Shown here: in pieces, positions 29,523 to 39,168 of the stretch
How positions within the stretch are numbered: the first letter of the stretch is position 1
Layout of the letters: every line of letters starts with the position of its first letter
NCBI GenBank assembly: GCA_965649265.1
Contig: CBFGKC010000013.1
Location: 26,879-90,878 of the forward strand
DNA length: 64,000 nucleotides
Origin: a candidate division WOR-3 bacterium
GTDB lineage: Bacteria > Hydrothermota > Tepidihabitantia > B3-TA06
Direction: 5' to 3'
The notes under the pieces: generated by a model
Database searches by the model: none
What the model saw: the letters and a program-made list of their open reading frames with translations, nothing else
Told to the model about the DNA's origin: nothing
Made by a program: the position numbers and the translations under genes

Positions 29523-32495
29523 ATCAAGAAGCGAGTACTAAAATCAGCTTTCCCGATTGCATTTCTCTTTTCAACGACCATTGGGAGCATTTCTGGTTTC
29601 GGCAGCACTCTCTCCGATTCACTGGCTTTTAAAGCCGACAGCCTCCACGAAAAGGGTATATGTCTTATCAATTGCTACCAGTACGACAGTGCAGCCCTGT
29701 ACCTGTCCGCCGAAGTTTTGCTCCGTGATTCTTTGAGTGATTCGCTCGGCCTTCTGGACGCCGTAAGCGCGTTGTCATGGGTGCTCATACTTTCGTCCCA
29801 GTACGATTCCGCCCTTACAGTGGCGGAAAGCGGTCTTTCGGTCGCCAAGGCAAAACCGGGAGAAAACGACACCCTTACCGCCAGGATTCACAGCCTTGTC
29901 GGTAAGGCCTATGCCGGACTTAACAGATACGGGCCGGCAATGGATCACCTCAAAACCTCGCTTGTTATCCGTCTTGGTGCCCTGGGCGAGAGACACCGAA
30001 GGGTCGCGGACGCCTATTACGACCTTGGCGTTTACGAATTCCAGTTCGCGCATTTCGACGAGGCACTCGAGAAGCTTTATTCCGCAGCCCGGATTTACAC
30101 CGAATTCGACACCCTTGAAGCAGCGCGAAGCTGGCAGTGGATTGCCGCCGCATGGGGAGCCAAAGGCCGGCTTGCCATGATGGACACCGCTTCAGAGAAA
30201 AGTATCAATCTCGCATTGGAGTCGAGGGGTGATACCTCTCCTGAACTCATCTCCTTCTACGGCTTTGCCGGACAACTTTACGCAGGGCTCGGGTTCGAGG
30301 AGCAGGCGCGTTTATATCGGTCGAGAGCTTACGAACTCGCGGTTCAGGCGGGGGAGCCGTGGTGGTTCGCACTGGCTTCTTGTGATCTTGCCTCGACTTA
30401 CCTTGAACTGGGTGAATTGGAAAAGGCCGACTCTCTCGCTTCAGGAGCGCTGGATATGTTCATTGAGGTTTTCGGGGAGGAGAGTCCTAGGGTATGGGCA
30501 TACTACAGCCTTCTCGGCGAGATAAAGCTTAAGAAAGGGAACACAGAGGAGGGACTCGAACTCATGACGAAAGCGGTCTCGAGACTCAGGGAACTTCCGG
30601 AAGGCGCTCATCCCCAGATGCTTGCTTCCTCTCTCGACGACCTGGCATCCGCGTACCGGCAATCTGGGAATTACGAGCAAGCCGTAATCTATTACGAAGA
30701 AGCCCTGGGGATTTGGGACCAAAGCCCTGTGGGGACCGGACTTGGAGCAGCCGAAACTATGGATGGACTTGGAATAACCTTTCTCGAATCCGGAGAGCCC
30801 ATGAAGGCCGTCGGGTACTTGAAAACGAGTCTCGCGATTCACGAGAAAAACTCGGCCCTTGCACCTGTCGCCCTTGCCGAGAGTTACGCGCATCTTGCAA
30901 GAGCCGAGGCTGAGCTTGGAAAGCGGGATTCCGCACTGGAGGACGCAAGAAAAGCCGTCGAATTATTCGAAAAAAGCAGTCTGAGGATAGGAAGTCAGTA
31001 CGTCAAGAGTTACGCCGCTATGCACAAGGAGATTTACGAGGAATACATCAACCTTCTCGTAAAAAAAGGCAGATTCGAGGAGGCATTTCAGGTCATCGAA
31101 CGCTCAAAACTCAAACAGCTTCAGGTGTCACTTGAAGAGAAAAACTTGGCCCTGGGCGAAGATTCTCTGATGAACAAGATCAACGAAAGTCACGAACTCT
31201 CTCTCGAGGAAAGACTTCTTGCCGAGCAACTCCTGGAAGAACAGTCAAAGGACAGCACCGAGCAGGCCTCGGAAAGAATAGCCAATCTTTCAAGACTTCT
31301 TGCCGAAACTAAAGCCGAGTTTTTCAGGGTGGTGAGCGAGATAAAAACGGACCCGGATTACGCCTTTACGGTGACGGTCGATCCGGTACTTTTTGCGTCG
31401 CTGAGACAGGAACTGCCGCACGGGCAGAAACTCCTCATGACGTATCCTGCTGAGAACGAGTTGTACCTTTTCCTGGTTTCGGATTCGGGCTACGAGGCAA
31501 GATGCGTCGATATAACCAAGGATTCGGTGTCCGCTCTCGTAAAAAAATGCAGGTACCTTTGCTTTGATAACGGCGTCAGGCTCATTCGAGAGAAGGAGAT
31601 ATCTCTCTGGAACTGGAACTCCTCAAGCGATTCTTTTTATATCACTGAAGTCAAACCTTTCAAGGACGTTTTGACGTGTTTGTACGATTTGATAATCCGT
31701 CCTTTTGAGGCGTCGCTCGCGGACGCATCAATATTGACTTTTATCCCCTCCGGTGAACTCTACTACTTGCCTTACGGCGCACTGGCATTTGAGGAGGGTA
31801 ATAGCCTTCACTTTTTGTGCGAAAGGATGAATCTTAACGTGCTTACTTCAGCTGAACTGCTCAAGTGCATTCAGAGAAGATCAACGGCGGTTTCAACAGC
31901 TCCGGATACCCTGTTGCTTGTCGGTGACCCCGAGGGGGTCAATCTGCCCGAGTCGGCAATCGAAACCCAAGCGATAGGAATTGCTTATCCTGGTTCAATC
32001 TTGCTTTCCGGAACGAGTGCAACCGAGAGTGCGGTCACAGATTCTTGCAGTGATGCAAAAGTCTTGCATCTTGCCACGCACTGCCGTCTTAATCCCAAAT
32101 CCCCGTGGGAATCCTACATTCAGCTCGCCCCGAGTGACGGCTCGGACGGGCGCTGGACTACTACTGAAATCTCGGGACAGGAATGGAAAAGAATGGAACT
32201 CGTCACTCTTTCGGCGTGCGAAACGGCGGTGGGCGCCGACAGACCGGGGCTTGAATGGGAGAGTATGGCCAAGGCCTTTTCACTAGCGATGGAGGGGCCC
32301 CCCTCTATAGTTGCTACGCTCTGGCCGGTGTACGATCCTTCGACCAAGGATTTCATGGTCAGCTTTTACGACGCATTGAAGAATAATTCCAAGACCGAGG
32401 CATTGAGAAAGGCCCAGATCGAGTTCATTCGATCAAGTCATTATTCGCATCCGTTCTTCTGGGCACCGTTCATCCTGATTGGGGAGTGGAGATAG
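29523..32495 (+). CDS. TPR-CHAT (caspase-like) domain protein, probably exported, with a non-canonical ATC start
   Basis: TPRs; CHAT motifs VLHLATHC, LVTLSACET, VATLWPV, HPFFWAPF; the frame is open from 29499, SD GGAGG lies 5 nt before ATC 29523, and the first TTG is at 29718. Confidence 0.8.
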   Translation: MKKRVLKSAFPIAFLFSTTIGSISGFGSTLSDSLAFKADSLHEKGICLINCYQYDSAALYLSAEVLLRDSLSDSLGLLDAVSALSWVLILSSQYDSALTVAESGLSVAKAKPGENDTLTARIHSLVGKAYAGLNRYGPAMDHLKTSLVIRLGALGERHRRVADAYYDLGVYEFQFAHFDEALEKLYSAARIYTEFDTLEAARSWQWIAAAWGAKGRLAMMDTASEKSINLALESRGDTSPELISFYGFAGQLYAGLGFEEQARLYRSRAYELAVQAGEPWWFALASCDLASTYLELGELEKADSLASGALDMFIEVFGEESPRVWAYYSLLGEIKLKKGNTEEGLELMTKAVSRLRELPEGAHPQMLASSLDDLASAYRQSGNYEQAVIYYEEALGIWDQSPVGTGLGAAETMDGLGITFLESGEPMKAVGYLKTSLAIHEKNSALAPVALAESYAHLARAEAELGKRDSALEDARKAVELFEKSSLRIGSQYVKSYAAMHKEIYEEYINLLVKKGRFEEAFQVIERSKLKQLQVSLEEKNLALGEDSLMNKINESHELSLEERLLAEQLLEEQSKDSTEQASERIANLSRLLAETKAEFFRVVSEIKTDPDYAFTVTVDPVLFASLRQELPHGQKLLMTYPAENELYLFLVSDSGYEARCVDITKDSVSALVKKCRYLCFDNGVRLIREKEISLWNWNSSSDSFYITEVKPFKDVLTCLYDLIIRPFEASLADASILTFIPSGELYYLPYGALAFEEGNSLHFLCERMNLNVLTSAELLKCIQRRSTAVSTAPDTLLLVGDPEGVNLPESAIETQAIGIAYPGSILLSGTSATESAVTDSCSDAKVLHLATHCRLNPKSPWESYIQLAPSDGSDGRWTTTEISGQEWKRMELVTLSACETAVGADRPGLEWESMAKAFSLAMEGPPSIVATLWPVYDPSTKDFMVSFYDALKNNSKTEALRKAQIEFIRSSHYSHPFFWAPFILIGEWR

Positions 32496-32608
32496 TTTCC
32501 GCAGCGGCTTGACAAAGCATCTGCAGGTAGTAGACTTGTTTGAGGCTGGGGCGTACGAGGCTGTGGTTTGAAAAGTACGAAAATCTACAAAACTGGAGGA
32601 GGTCATAT

Positions 32609-33598
32609 ATGACCAGGAAATACCTTGTGATTGCCCTTCTGGCCAGCGCGTTTGCGTCTTTGCTTTCCGCACAAACCGACTACAAGATGCTCAGCATAAC
32701 AGAGGACGGTACGTATTACAAGAACCGCCTTGACGTGACCGACTGGAAACCGGGCGAGGACTTCGTATATCTGCGTTCCTACTACATTCCATGGCAGGGT
32801 GAGGACAGCATGGATTACCAGATAAGAATGGGAAACCTTAAAGTAAACGGCCAACTGGTTGGAGTCGACCTCGTCGAGAATCCGCTTCCCGACGCAGTGG
32901 ACAAGTCCAGGATAGTTACTGTGCAGGTGGACCCAGTTCACCTGAAAGATCTATCGACCCTTCCCGGGGTGGTGGCCGTGAGTTTCGTGGGCGTGAAAGA
33001 GGCCGACCTTGCCAATCTTAAAGACATGGAGAACCTCAGGGCGCTTGATCTGGCCTACACCAAGATTACAGACGGCGCTCTCGCGTACATCTCGCCTTTG
33101 AGCAACCTGCGGGTTCTCAATCTCGCCAATACGCAAATATCGGATGCGGGTCTCAAGCATCTCTCAACCCTCACGAACCTGAAAGCGCTTGACCTTGAGA
33201 GCACTGATATCACGGATTCCGGCATTGAATATCTCAAGGATCTCAAGGAACTGCGTTCGCTCAATCTTTTTCACACAAAAGCCACCGGCGGTCTTGCGCT
33301 TCGCGGAGCTCCCGTAAGCGTTTCCGATCATGGCGCCAAGGTCATTTCAGGACTAGGCTCTCTGAGTGAATTAAATCTGCACGGAGCTTCGCTTACAGAT
33401 GCCGGGATTGCGGAGATTGCCAAACTCGGCAACCTGAAAATTCTGAACCTCAGTGCCACCGGAATCACCGACGCGTCCGTCGAGAACCTTTCAAGGATGA
33501 CGACGCTGCGGACGCTTGATCTTGAAGGCACGGATATTACACCGGTGGGTCTGCGAAAACTCCGCGCCGCCCTGCCCAACACGGTGATTAACTATTAG
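32609..33598 (+). CDS. secreted leucine-rich-repeat protein
   Basis: Signal peptide ending LLSA-Q; repeated LxxLxLxxTxITDxGL units; SD GGAGGAGG before ATG 32609. Confidence 0.88.
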   Translation: MTRKYLVIALLASAFASLLSAQTDYKMLSITEDGTYYKNRLDVTDWKPGEDFVYLRSYYIPWQGEDSMDYQIRMGNLKVNGQLVGVDLVENPLPDAVDKSRIVTVQVDPVHLKDLSTLPGVVAVSFVGVKEADLANLKDMENLRALDLAYTKITDGALAYISPLSNLRVLNLANTQISDAGLKHLSTLTNLKALDLESTDITDSGIEYLKDLKELRSLNLFHTKATGGLALRGAPVSVSDHGAKVISGLGSLSELNLHGASLTDAGIAEIAKLGNLKILNLSATGITDASVENLSRMTTLRTLDLEGTDITPVGLRKLRAALPNTVINY

Positions 33599-33674
33599 TC
33601 TTCCTCTGACTTTGCGAGCACCGGCTCGGGAAGCGCGTTGACTGATTGGTAAGCTCTAGTATACTCCATCCCTG

Positions 33675-34421
33675 ATGAAGAGAGCAAGGATCGGAGACTG
33701 GATTACCTTCGGGTCCGGGGTTCTGGTAATAGGAGCCGTTGTCGCGTTTGTAATCTGGCAGTGGCCAAGTATCGTTCACATCTTTTCCAATCCCGACGAT
33801 CTCAGGGAATACGTTAAATCCTTTGGATTCTGGGCCCCGTTTGCTTTCGTCGCCCTCTACGTTCTTCAAATAGTCGTTGCGCCTATCCCCGGCTCGATAA
33901 TGAATTTTGCGGGCGGTCTCTTGTTCGGCTGGACCGGCGGGGTGCTCCTGTCATGGATAGCCTGTATTGTTGGCGCGTCGGTATCAATAGGCATAATGCG
34001 GGTTTTCGGTCGTTCGCTTATGCGGATATTCCTCTCGGATGAAAAGATAGACAAGTTCGATTCCTACGTTCGTACACGCGGCTGGGTTTATCTCTTTCTC
34101 ATCTACCTCATCCCCAACCCTATCGGAGACTCCGTAAACTACATGGCCGCGCTTTCGGGAATCAGGTTCTGGAAACTTCTCGTGATGGTTGCTATCGGCC
34201 GGCTGCCTTCTCTCATGATCGGCAGCCTTATCGGAACCCAGTCCATACGTTTTCAGACCATCCACTGGATTATTCTCGGGGTCGCGTTTGTGGTTTTGCT
34301 CGTGGGGGTATACCTGGTTCACAAGCCGCTCGAAGCCCTGGCGATAAAGCTCTCGGCAAAGCTCTTTCCTCCCAGATCGCCTGAAATTAATTCCTCACAG
34401 ATAAAAGAAGAAGATAAATAA
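33675..34421 (+). CDS. TVP38/TMEM64 (VTT/DedA superfamily) membrane protein
   Basis: LQIVVAPIPG, GGLLFG, DSVNYMAAL, GRLP. Confidence 0.88.
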   Translation: MKRARIGDWITFGSGVLVIGAVVAFVIWQWPSIVHIFSNPDDLREYVKSFGFWAPFAFVALYVLQIVVAPIPGSIMNFAGGLLFGWTGGVLLSWIACIVGASVSIGIMRVFGRSLMRIFLSDEKIDKFDSYVRTRGWVYLFLIYLIPNPIGDSVNYMAALSGIRFWKLLVMVAIGRLPSLMIGSLIGTQSIRFQTIHWIILGVAFVVLLVGVYLVHKPLEALAIKLSAKLFPPRSPEINSSQIKEEDK

Positions 34422-34494
34422 AACCTTAAATCCACGATATCATTAAGTACCCATTGAAGATATAGGGATTGCGATCAATGCGAGGATATTATTC

Positions 34495-34522
34495 TTGACA
34501 ACTTCTCTCAAAGCTCTATGCT
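34495..34522 (+). promoter_or_regulatory. sigma70 promoter, leaderless purM
   Basis: TTGACA-16-TATGCT ending 6 nt before the ATG; no SD. Confidence 0.65.
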
Positions 34523-34528
34523 TCGGGT

Positions 34529-35527
34529 ATGGACTACAAGAAATCGGGCGTAGACATAGGAACCCTTGATGCAATAAAGAAAAGGATGGGTAGGGCGGTC
34601 AAGGCCACATTCACGAGGGATGTAGTCACCGAGTTCGGGCACTTCGGGGGCGGTTTCAGGCTCAGGGGGTTCAAAAAACCAGTGCTCGTATCGTCGACCG
34701 ACAGCGTTGGAACCAAGGTAAAGATAGCCTCAATGCTCGGGAATTACAGGACGGTGGGAGCCGACATCGTAGGACACTCTGTAAACGACGTTCTCTGTAC
34801 CGGCGCGACACCGTTATTCTTTCTCGATTACGTCGCCTTCTCCACGCTCGAACCCGCGCACGTCGCGGAGATTGTTGAAGGCGTTGCAAAAGCGTGCAAG
34901 GGGGAGGGGATTGCTCTTGTAGCCGGCGAAACGGCACAGTTGCCTGACGTATACAAGCCGGGCGATTTTGACCTTGTGGGAACCATAGTGGGCGCACTGG
35001 AGGAAGGAAAGATAATCGACGGCTCGAAAATTCGTCCGGGTGATTCTGTCATAGGTCTTCGCTCATCCGGCCTGCACACCAACGGATACAGCCTAGCCCG
35101 AAAGATTCTCGTTGATTCAAAAAATGCGCCCGGGCTTGACTCTCTTGTACCAGGGTCGAGGATGACGGTCGGTAAAGCCCTTCTCGCGGTTCACAGGTCT
35201 TACCGGAAGGAGGTTGAGCGGGTCAAGCCCCTTCTGAAAGGCATCGCCCACATCACGGGCGGCGGCTTTGAGGGCAACATCTCCCGCCTGCTTCCAAAAA
35301 ATGTGAACTGCCTCATTGAGCGTACGGCGTGGAAGCCCCTGCCGATATTCAAATTCATCGAGGATCTGGGTAAGGTTTCTCAAAGTGAGATGTACAGGGT
35401 CTTTAACATGGGGATAGGCATGGTCCTCGTCGTGAGGAAGAAGGATGAAGAGTTCGTTCTGAAGAAGACAGCCGGACTGAGAATAGGTGAGATCTCGAGG
35501 GGCACGGGAAAAGTCGAAATCTCATGA
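34529..35527 (+). CDS. purM: phosphoribosylformylglycinamidine cyclo-ligase
   Basis: YKKSGVDI, STDSVGTK, GATPLFFLDY, GETA, SSGLHTNGYSL, AHITGGG, FNMGIGM. Confidence 0.97.
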   Translation: MDYKKSGVDIGTLDAIKKRMGRAVKATFTRDVVTEFGHFGGGFRLRGFKKPVLVSSTDSVGTKVKIASMLGNYRTVGADIVGHSVNDVLCTGATPLFFLDYVAFSTLEPAHVAEIVEGVAKACKGEGIALVAGETAQLPDVYKPGDFDLVGTIVGALEEGKIIDGSKIRPGDSVIGLRSSGLHTNGYSLARKILVDSKNAPGLDSLVPGSRMTVGKALLAVHRSYRKEVERVKPLLKGIAHITGGGFEGNISRLLPKNVNCLIERTAWKPLPIFKFIEDLGKVSQSEMYRVFNMGIGMVLVVRKKDEEFVLKKTAGLRIGEISRGTGKVEIS

Positions 35528-35931
35528 ACGAAATCCAGTCGGGTCTGGCAAGGCTTGCCGCAGTAGCCGCCCGGGATCGGCGCTTCAAGGTTGAAGCGTA
35601 CGTTTTCGTAATAGAGGCTTTGAATTTCGAGCTTTCGATACTCGGGATCAAGATCCCTTCAAAGCACCGTCATCTTACCGCAAAGGAGCTTCTTGAAGGC
35701 ATCCGCGCACTCGGATGGGAACGCTACGGCCGTCTTGCGAAGGATGTATTCGAGAGCTGGGGTGTGTACTCTACGCACGACTTCGGGGAGATAGTTTTCA
35801 ATCTTATTGATGCCGGCGAATTCACCAAAACTGAAGAGGATCGCAGGGAGGATTTCGACGGCGTCTTCGATTTCGGTCACGATCTCGTTGAGACCTACCC
35901 TTTAGGGGATGCAAGAAAAGATAAGGCTTGA
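35524..35931 (+). CDS. Minf_1886-like conserved hypothetical protein
   Basis: EAYVFV.EAL, RHLTAKELL, YG.LA..VF..WG, DFGEIVFNLI. Confidence 0.75.
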   Translation: MNEIQSGLARLAAVAARDRRFKVEAYVFVIEALNFELSILGIKIPSKHRHLTAKELLEGIRALGWERYGRLAKDVFESWGVYSTHDFGEIVFNLIDAGEFTKTEEDRREDFDGVFDFGHDLVETYPLGDARKDKA

Positions 35932-37864
35932 ATTCGAAGGCCGCGGCGAAATTATCTCGAGGCTGGCGGGATACGAGCGCCGCAAGGGCCAGCTCGAGAT
36001 GGCTCTCAGCGTGGCCCGGGCACTGGAAGAGAAAAAGAATTTAATGGTCGAGGCCGGCACCGGCATCGGAAAAAGCTTCGCGTATCTTATCCCCTTGATT
36101 TACTGGACACTCAAAGAAGGCAAGAAAGCTGTAATAGCGACAGGAACGAAGGTATTACAGAACCAGCTGGCGGAGAAAGACCTTCCCTTCCTGGCAAAAG
36201 AGGGAGAGGTGAAATTAAAGTACGAGGTTCTTTACGGGCAAGAAAACTTCTTCTGCAGGCGCAGGGCAGGCATGATTGCCCAGTACGGGCTTTTCGACGA
36301 TCCGGCTGATGCGGCGGAACTCGAGCGCATCGCGCGCTGGGCGGCAGAGGAGAGCGGCATCTTCGAGGATTACCCCGAACAAATTTCTCCGAGGCTCAAG
36401 TCAGAGATAAGCAGACGCACCGAGGCGTGCCCACGTAAAAACTGCAGCTACTACAGCTCATGTCCTTTCTACCGAAAGCGCAGGGCGGCCGAAGAAGCCG
36501 ACATCATCGTGATCAATCATCACCTCTTCTTCGCGCATCTGGAGTCCGCCGGAAAGCTCCTGCCCGAGTTCGGTGCGGTAGTTTTCGACGAAGCTCATAG
36601 GCTTGAGCAGGTTGCTGCGTCGTACTCGGGAGTCAGGCTTTCCAACATCGGCCTTGCCATCCTTCTTGGACGCATCTACAACCCGAGAAAAAACATGGGG
36701 CTCCTCCCGAAGCTCGCGGATTTCAACTCTATAAAGACCAAGGTAAAAAGCCTCGTTGATGACGTAAAGATTTCGGCCGATGATTTTTTCGCGAACCTTG
36801 CAAATCTTCTGGGACCTTCGGAACTCAAGAAAAGGATACGTACCCCCAACTGCGTGGAGAGCGAACTGGAGCAATCTCTTGACGCGCTCGCCGGGTTTCT
36901 TTTCGAGAAGGCGAGGGACGTGGATGACGAAGATTTCTCGTTTGAATTGACCTCGCTTGGCGACAGGGTCGCTGGGGCAAAGGGTGCAGTCGTGAGTTTC
37001 CTGGACACCGTTGATCCGAATTCCGTTTACTGGATAGAATCGGACAGGCAGTCGGACAGGATATCGATCAATTCGGAGCTCATAGACGTGTCCGAACTCA
37101 TGGCGAACTCGGTGTGGAGCCAGCCCTGGATCAATGTCCTCACTTCTGCGACATTGACTACCGCAAAGAAATTCGACTTCACGAGGGAGAGGATAGGTTT
37201 TAACGACGAGACGCTGCTTATAGGCTCGCCCTTCGATTACGAACGCAACGCGCTGGTTTACGTTGCGCACGATCTTGTCCAGCCCCAGCATGAACTCTGG
37301 GAGGAGCGCATGACTCAAAGAGTTGGGGAACTCGTAAAGGCTAGCAGCGGCCGAGCCCTCATCCTTTTCACGAGTTATTCGACGTTGAACAGGACAGTCT
37401 CCGCGCTGGAGGAGGAGGTGGGCAAGAACCACAAGGTGTTCGTTCAGGGCCGCGCGCCGCGCAATGTGTTGCTTGATGAGTTCCGCTTCGACACGTCATC
37501 CGTGCTCTTTGCAACCCAGTCTTTCTGGGAAGGGGTTGACGTGCCCGGCGAATCGCTCGTGCTCGTAGTAATCACGCGGCTGCCTTTCGAAGTACCGGAT
37601 GATCCCCGCGCCGAGGCGATACTGGAGGAATACAGGAAAAAGGGGCGCGAGCCCTTCAGTGAGTATCAGCTTCCGCTGTCCGTTCTGAGGTTCAGACAGG
37701 GGATAGGCAGGCTGATCAGACGCGATACCGATTACGGGGTTATTGCCGTGCTGGATTCAAGGATCGTCAAAAAAGCGTACGGTAAACTCTTCATGGAATC
37801 CCTCCCCCCCTCTCCGGTCGCCTTCAACTTGTACGAGGTTCAAAGGTTTTTTGAGGATCGTTAA
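35909..37864 (+). CDS. dinG: DinG/YoaA-family ATP-dependent helicase
   Basis: EAGTGIGKS, Fe-S cysteines, DEAH, TSATL, SFWEGVDVPG, RQGIGRLIR. Confidence 0.92.
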   Translation: MQEKIRLEFEGRGEIISRLAGYERRKGQLEMALSVARALEEKKNLMVEAGTGIGKSFAYLIPLIYWTLKEGKKAVIATGTKVLQNQLAEKDLPFLAKEGEVKLKYEVLYGQENFFCRRRAGMIAQYGLFDDPADAAELERIARWAAEESGIFEDYPEQISPRLKSEISRRTEACPRKNCSYYSSCPFYRKRRAAEEADIIVINHHLFFAHLESAGKLLPEFGAVVFDEAHRLEQVAASYSGVRLSNIGLAILLGRIYNPRKNMGLLPKLADFNSIKTKVKSLVDDVKISADDFFANLANLLGPSELKKRIRTPNCVESELEQSLDALAGFLFEKARDVDDEDFSFELTSLGDRVAGAKGAVVSFLDTVDPNSVYWIESDRQSDRISINSELIDVSELMANSVWSQPWINVLTSATLTTAKKFDFTRERIGFNDETLLIGSPFDYERNALVYVAHDLVQPQHELWEERMTQRVGELVKASSGRALILFTSYSTLNRTVSALEEEVGKNHKVFVQGRAPRNVLLDEFRFDTSSVLFATQSFWEGVDVPGESLVLVVITRLPFEVPDDPRAEAILEEYRKKGREPFSEYQLPLSVLRFRQGIGRLIRRDTDYGVIAVLDSRIVKKAYGKLFMESLPPSPVAFNLYEVQRFFEDR

Positions 37865-37880
37865 CGCGGACAATCGATTG

Positions 37881-37909
37881 TTGACACAGGCCTTTAGTTA
37901 TCTTATCAT
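37881..37909 (+). promoter_or_regulatory. sigma70 promoter, leaderless serS
   Basis: TTGACA-17-TATCAT ending 5 nt before the ATG. Confidence 0.6.
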
Positions 37910-37914
37910 ACGCA

Positions 37915-39168
37915 ATGATAGACCCCAAAAAGATTAGAGAAAACCCTGAAGAGATAAGAAAGCTTCTTGCCTCGCGGAAATGCCCGGTTTCCGTGGACGA
38001 AGTCATTGCACTTGACGACGATCGCCGCAAGCTGCAGGCCGAGCGTGATGATGCTAGACACGCTCTGAACGACGCATCTGAATCCATCGGCAAACTCAAG
38101 AGGGAAGGCAAGGACGCGTCGGAGGCCATTGCTAAAACAGCGGAACTCAAAGCAAGGGTAAAAGCGCTTGATGAGAAGCTCTCCCAGGCCGAGGCTTCCT
38201 TTGAGGAAATGCTCTGGAAGCTTCCAAATCTGCCAGACCCGGAATCGCCCACGCAGGATACGGTTTTAAGGTCGTGGGGTACCAAACCCGAATTCGACTT
38301 CAAGCCTCTCGATCACGTCGCCATAATGGAGAATCTCGGTCTTGCCGATTTCTCCTTCGCGTCGCAGTACTCCGGTGCGCGCTTTGTAGCCTACACTGGA
38401 GAAGGCGCAAGACTTGTTCGCGCGCTCAAGCAGTTCATGCTCGACCTGCATACCAATGAGCACGGCTACAAGGAGATTTACCCGCCGGTACTGGCAAGGG
38501 AGGAGGTGGTGCGCGCGGCAGGGCAGTTGACCAAGCTCGAGGATATGTACGCACTCAAGGACGATCCCTTGTACCTCATACCGACCGCAGAAACGGCTCT
38601 CATCAATCTCCATATGGGTCAGGAAATAAGGGAGTCGGATCTTCCGCTGCGCTATACGGCTTACACCATGTGCTTTCGCAGGGAAGCGGGCACCTACGGC
38701 AAGGATACTCGGGGACTTTTCAGAATCCACCAGTTCGACAAGGTGGAACTAGTTCAGTTCGTCCATCCGGAGCGTTCGCGTGACGCATTTGACGAGATTG
38801 TTTCTCATGCAGAGAAAGTATTGCAGCTTCTGGAGATTCCATATCAGATAAAAGCCCTGTCTCCGGCGGAGACTGCGTTCCAGTCGGCTTTCACCTACGA
38901 TATTGACATCTGGGCCACAGGCGCTTCTGACTGGCTCGAAGTTTCTTCCATATCCAACTGCAAGGAGTTCCAGGCGCGCCGCAACAAGACGAGGATGAGG
39001 ACGACGGGGGGACAACTTGAATATCCGCATATCCTCAACGGCTCGGGCACCGCTTTCCCCAGATTGATAATCGCGCTTCTTGAAAACAACCAGCAGGCTG
39101 ACGGCAAGGTGTTGATTCCAAAGGCGCTTCGACCCTACATGGGTTCTATGGAGTTTCTTGGGGGATGA
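37915..39168 (+). CDS. serS: serine--tRNA ligase
   Basis: N-terminal coiled coil, LIPTAE, CFRREAG, HQFDKVEL, EVSSISNC, LNGSG. Confidence 0.97.
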   Translation: MIDPKKIRENPEEIRKLLASRKCPVSVDEVIALDDDRRKLQAERDDARHALNDASESIGKLKREGKDASEAIAKTAELKARVKALDEKLSQAEASFEEMLWKLPNLPDPESPTQDTVLRSWGTKPEFDFKPLDHVAIMENLGLADFSFASQYSGARFVAYTGEGARLVRALKQFMLDLHTNEHGYKEIYPPVLAREEVVRAAGQLTKLEDMYALKDDPLYLIPTAETALINLHMGQEIRESDLPLRYTAYTMCFRREAGTYGKDTRGLFRIHQFDKVELVQFVHPERSRDAFDEIVSHAEKVLQLLEIPYQIKALSPAETAFQSAFTYDIDIWATGASDWLEVSSISNCKEFQARRNKTRMRTTGGQLEYPHILNGSGTAFPRLIIALLENNQQADGKVLIPKALRPYMGSMEFLGG

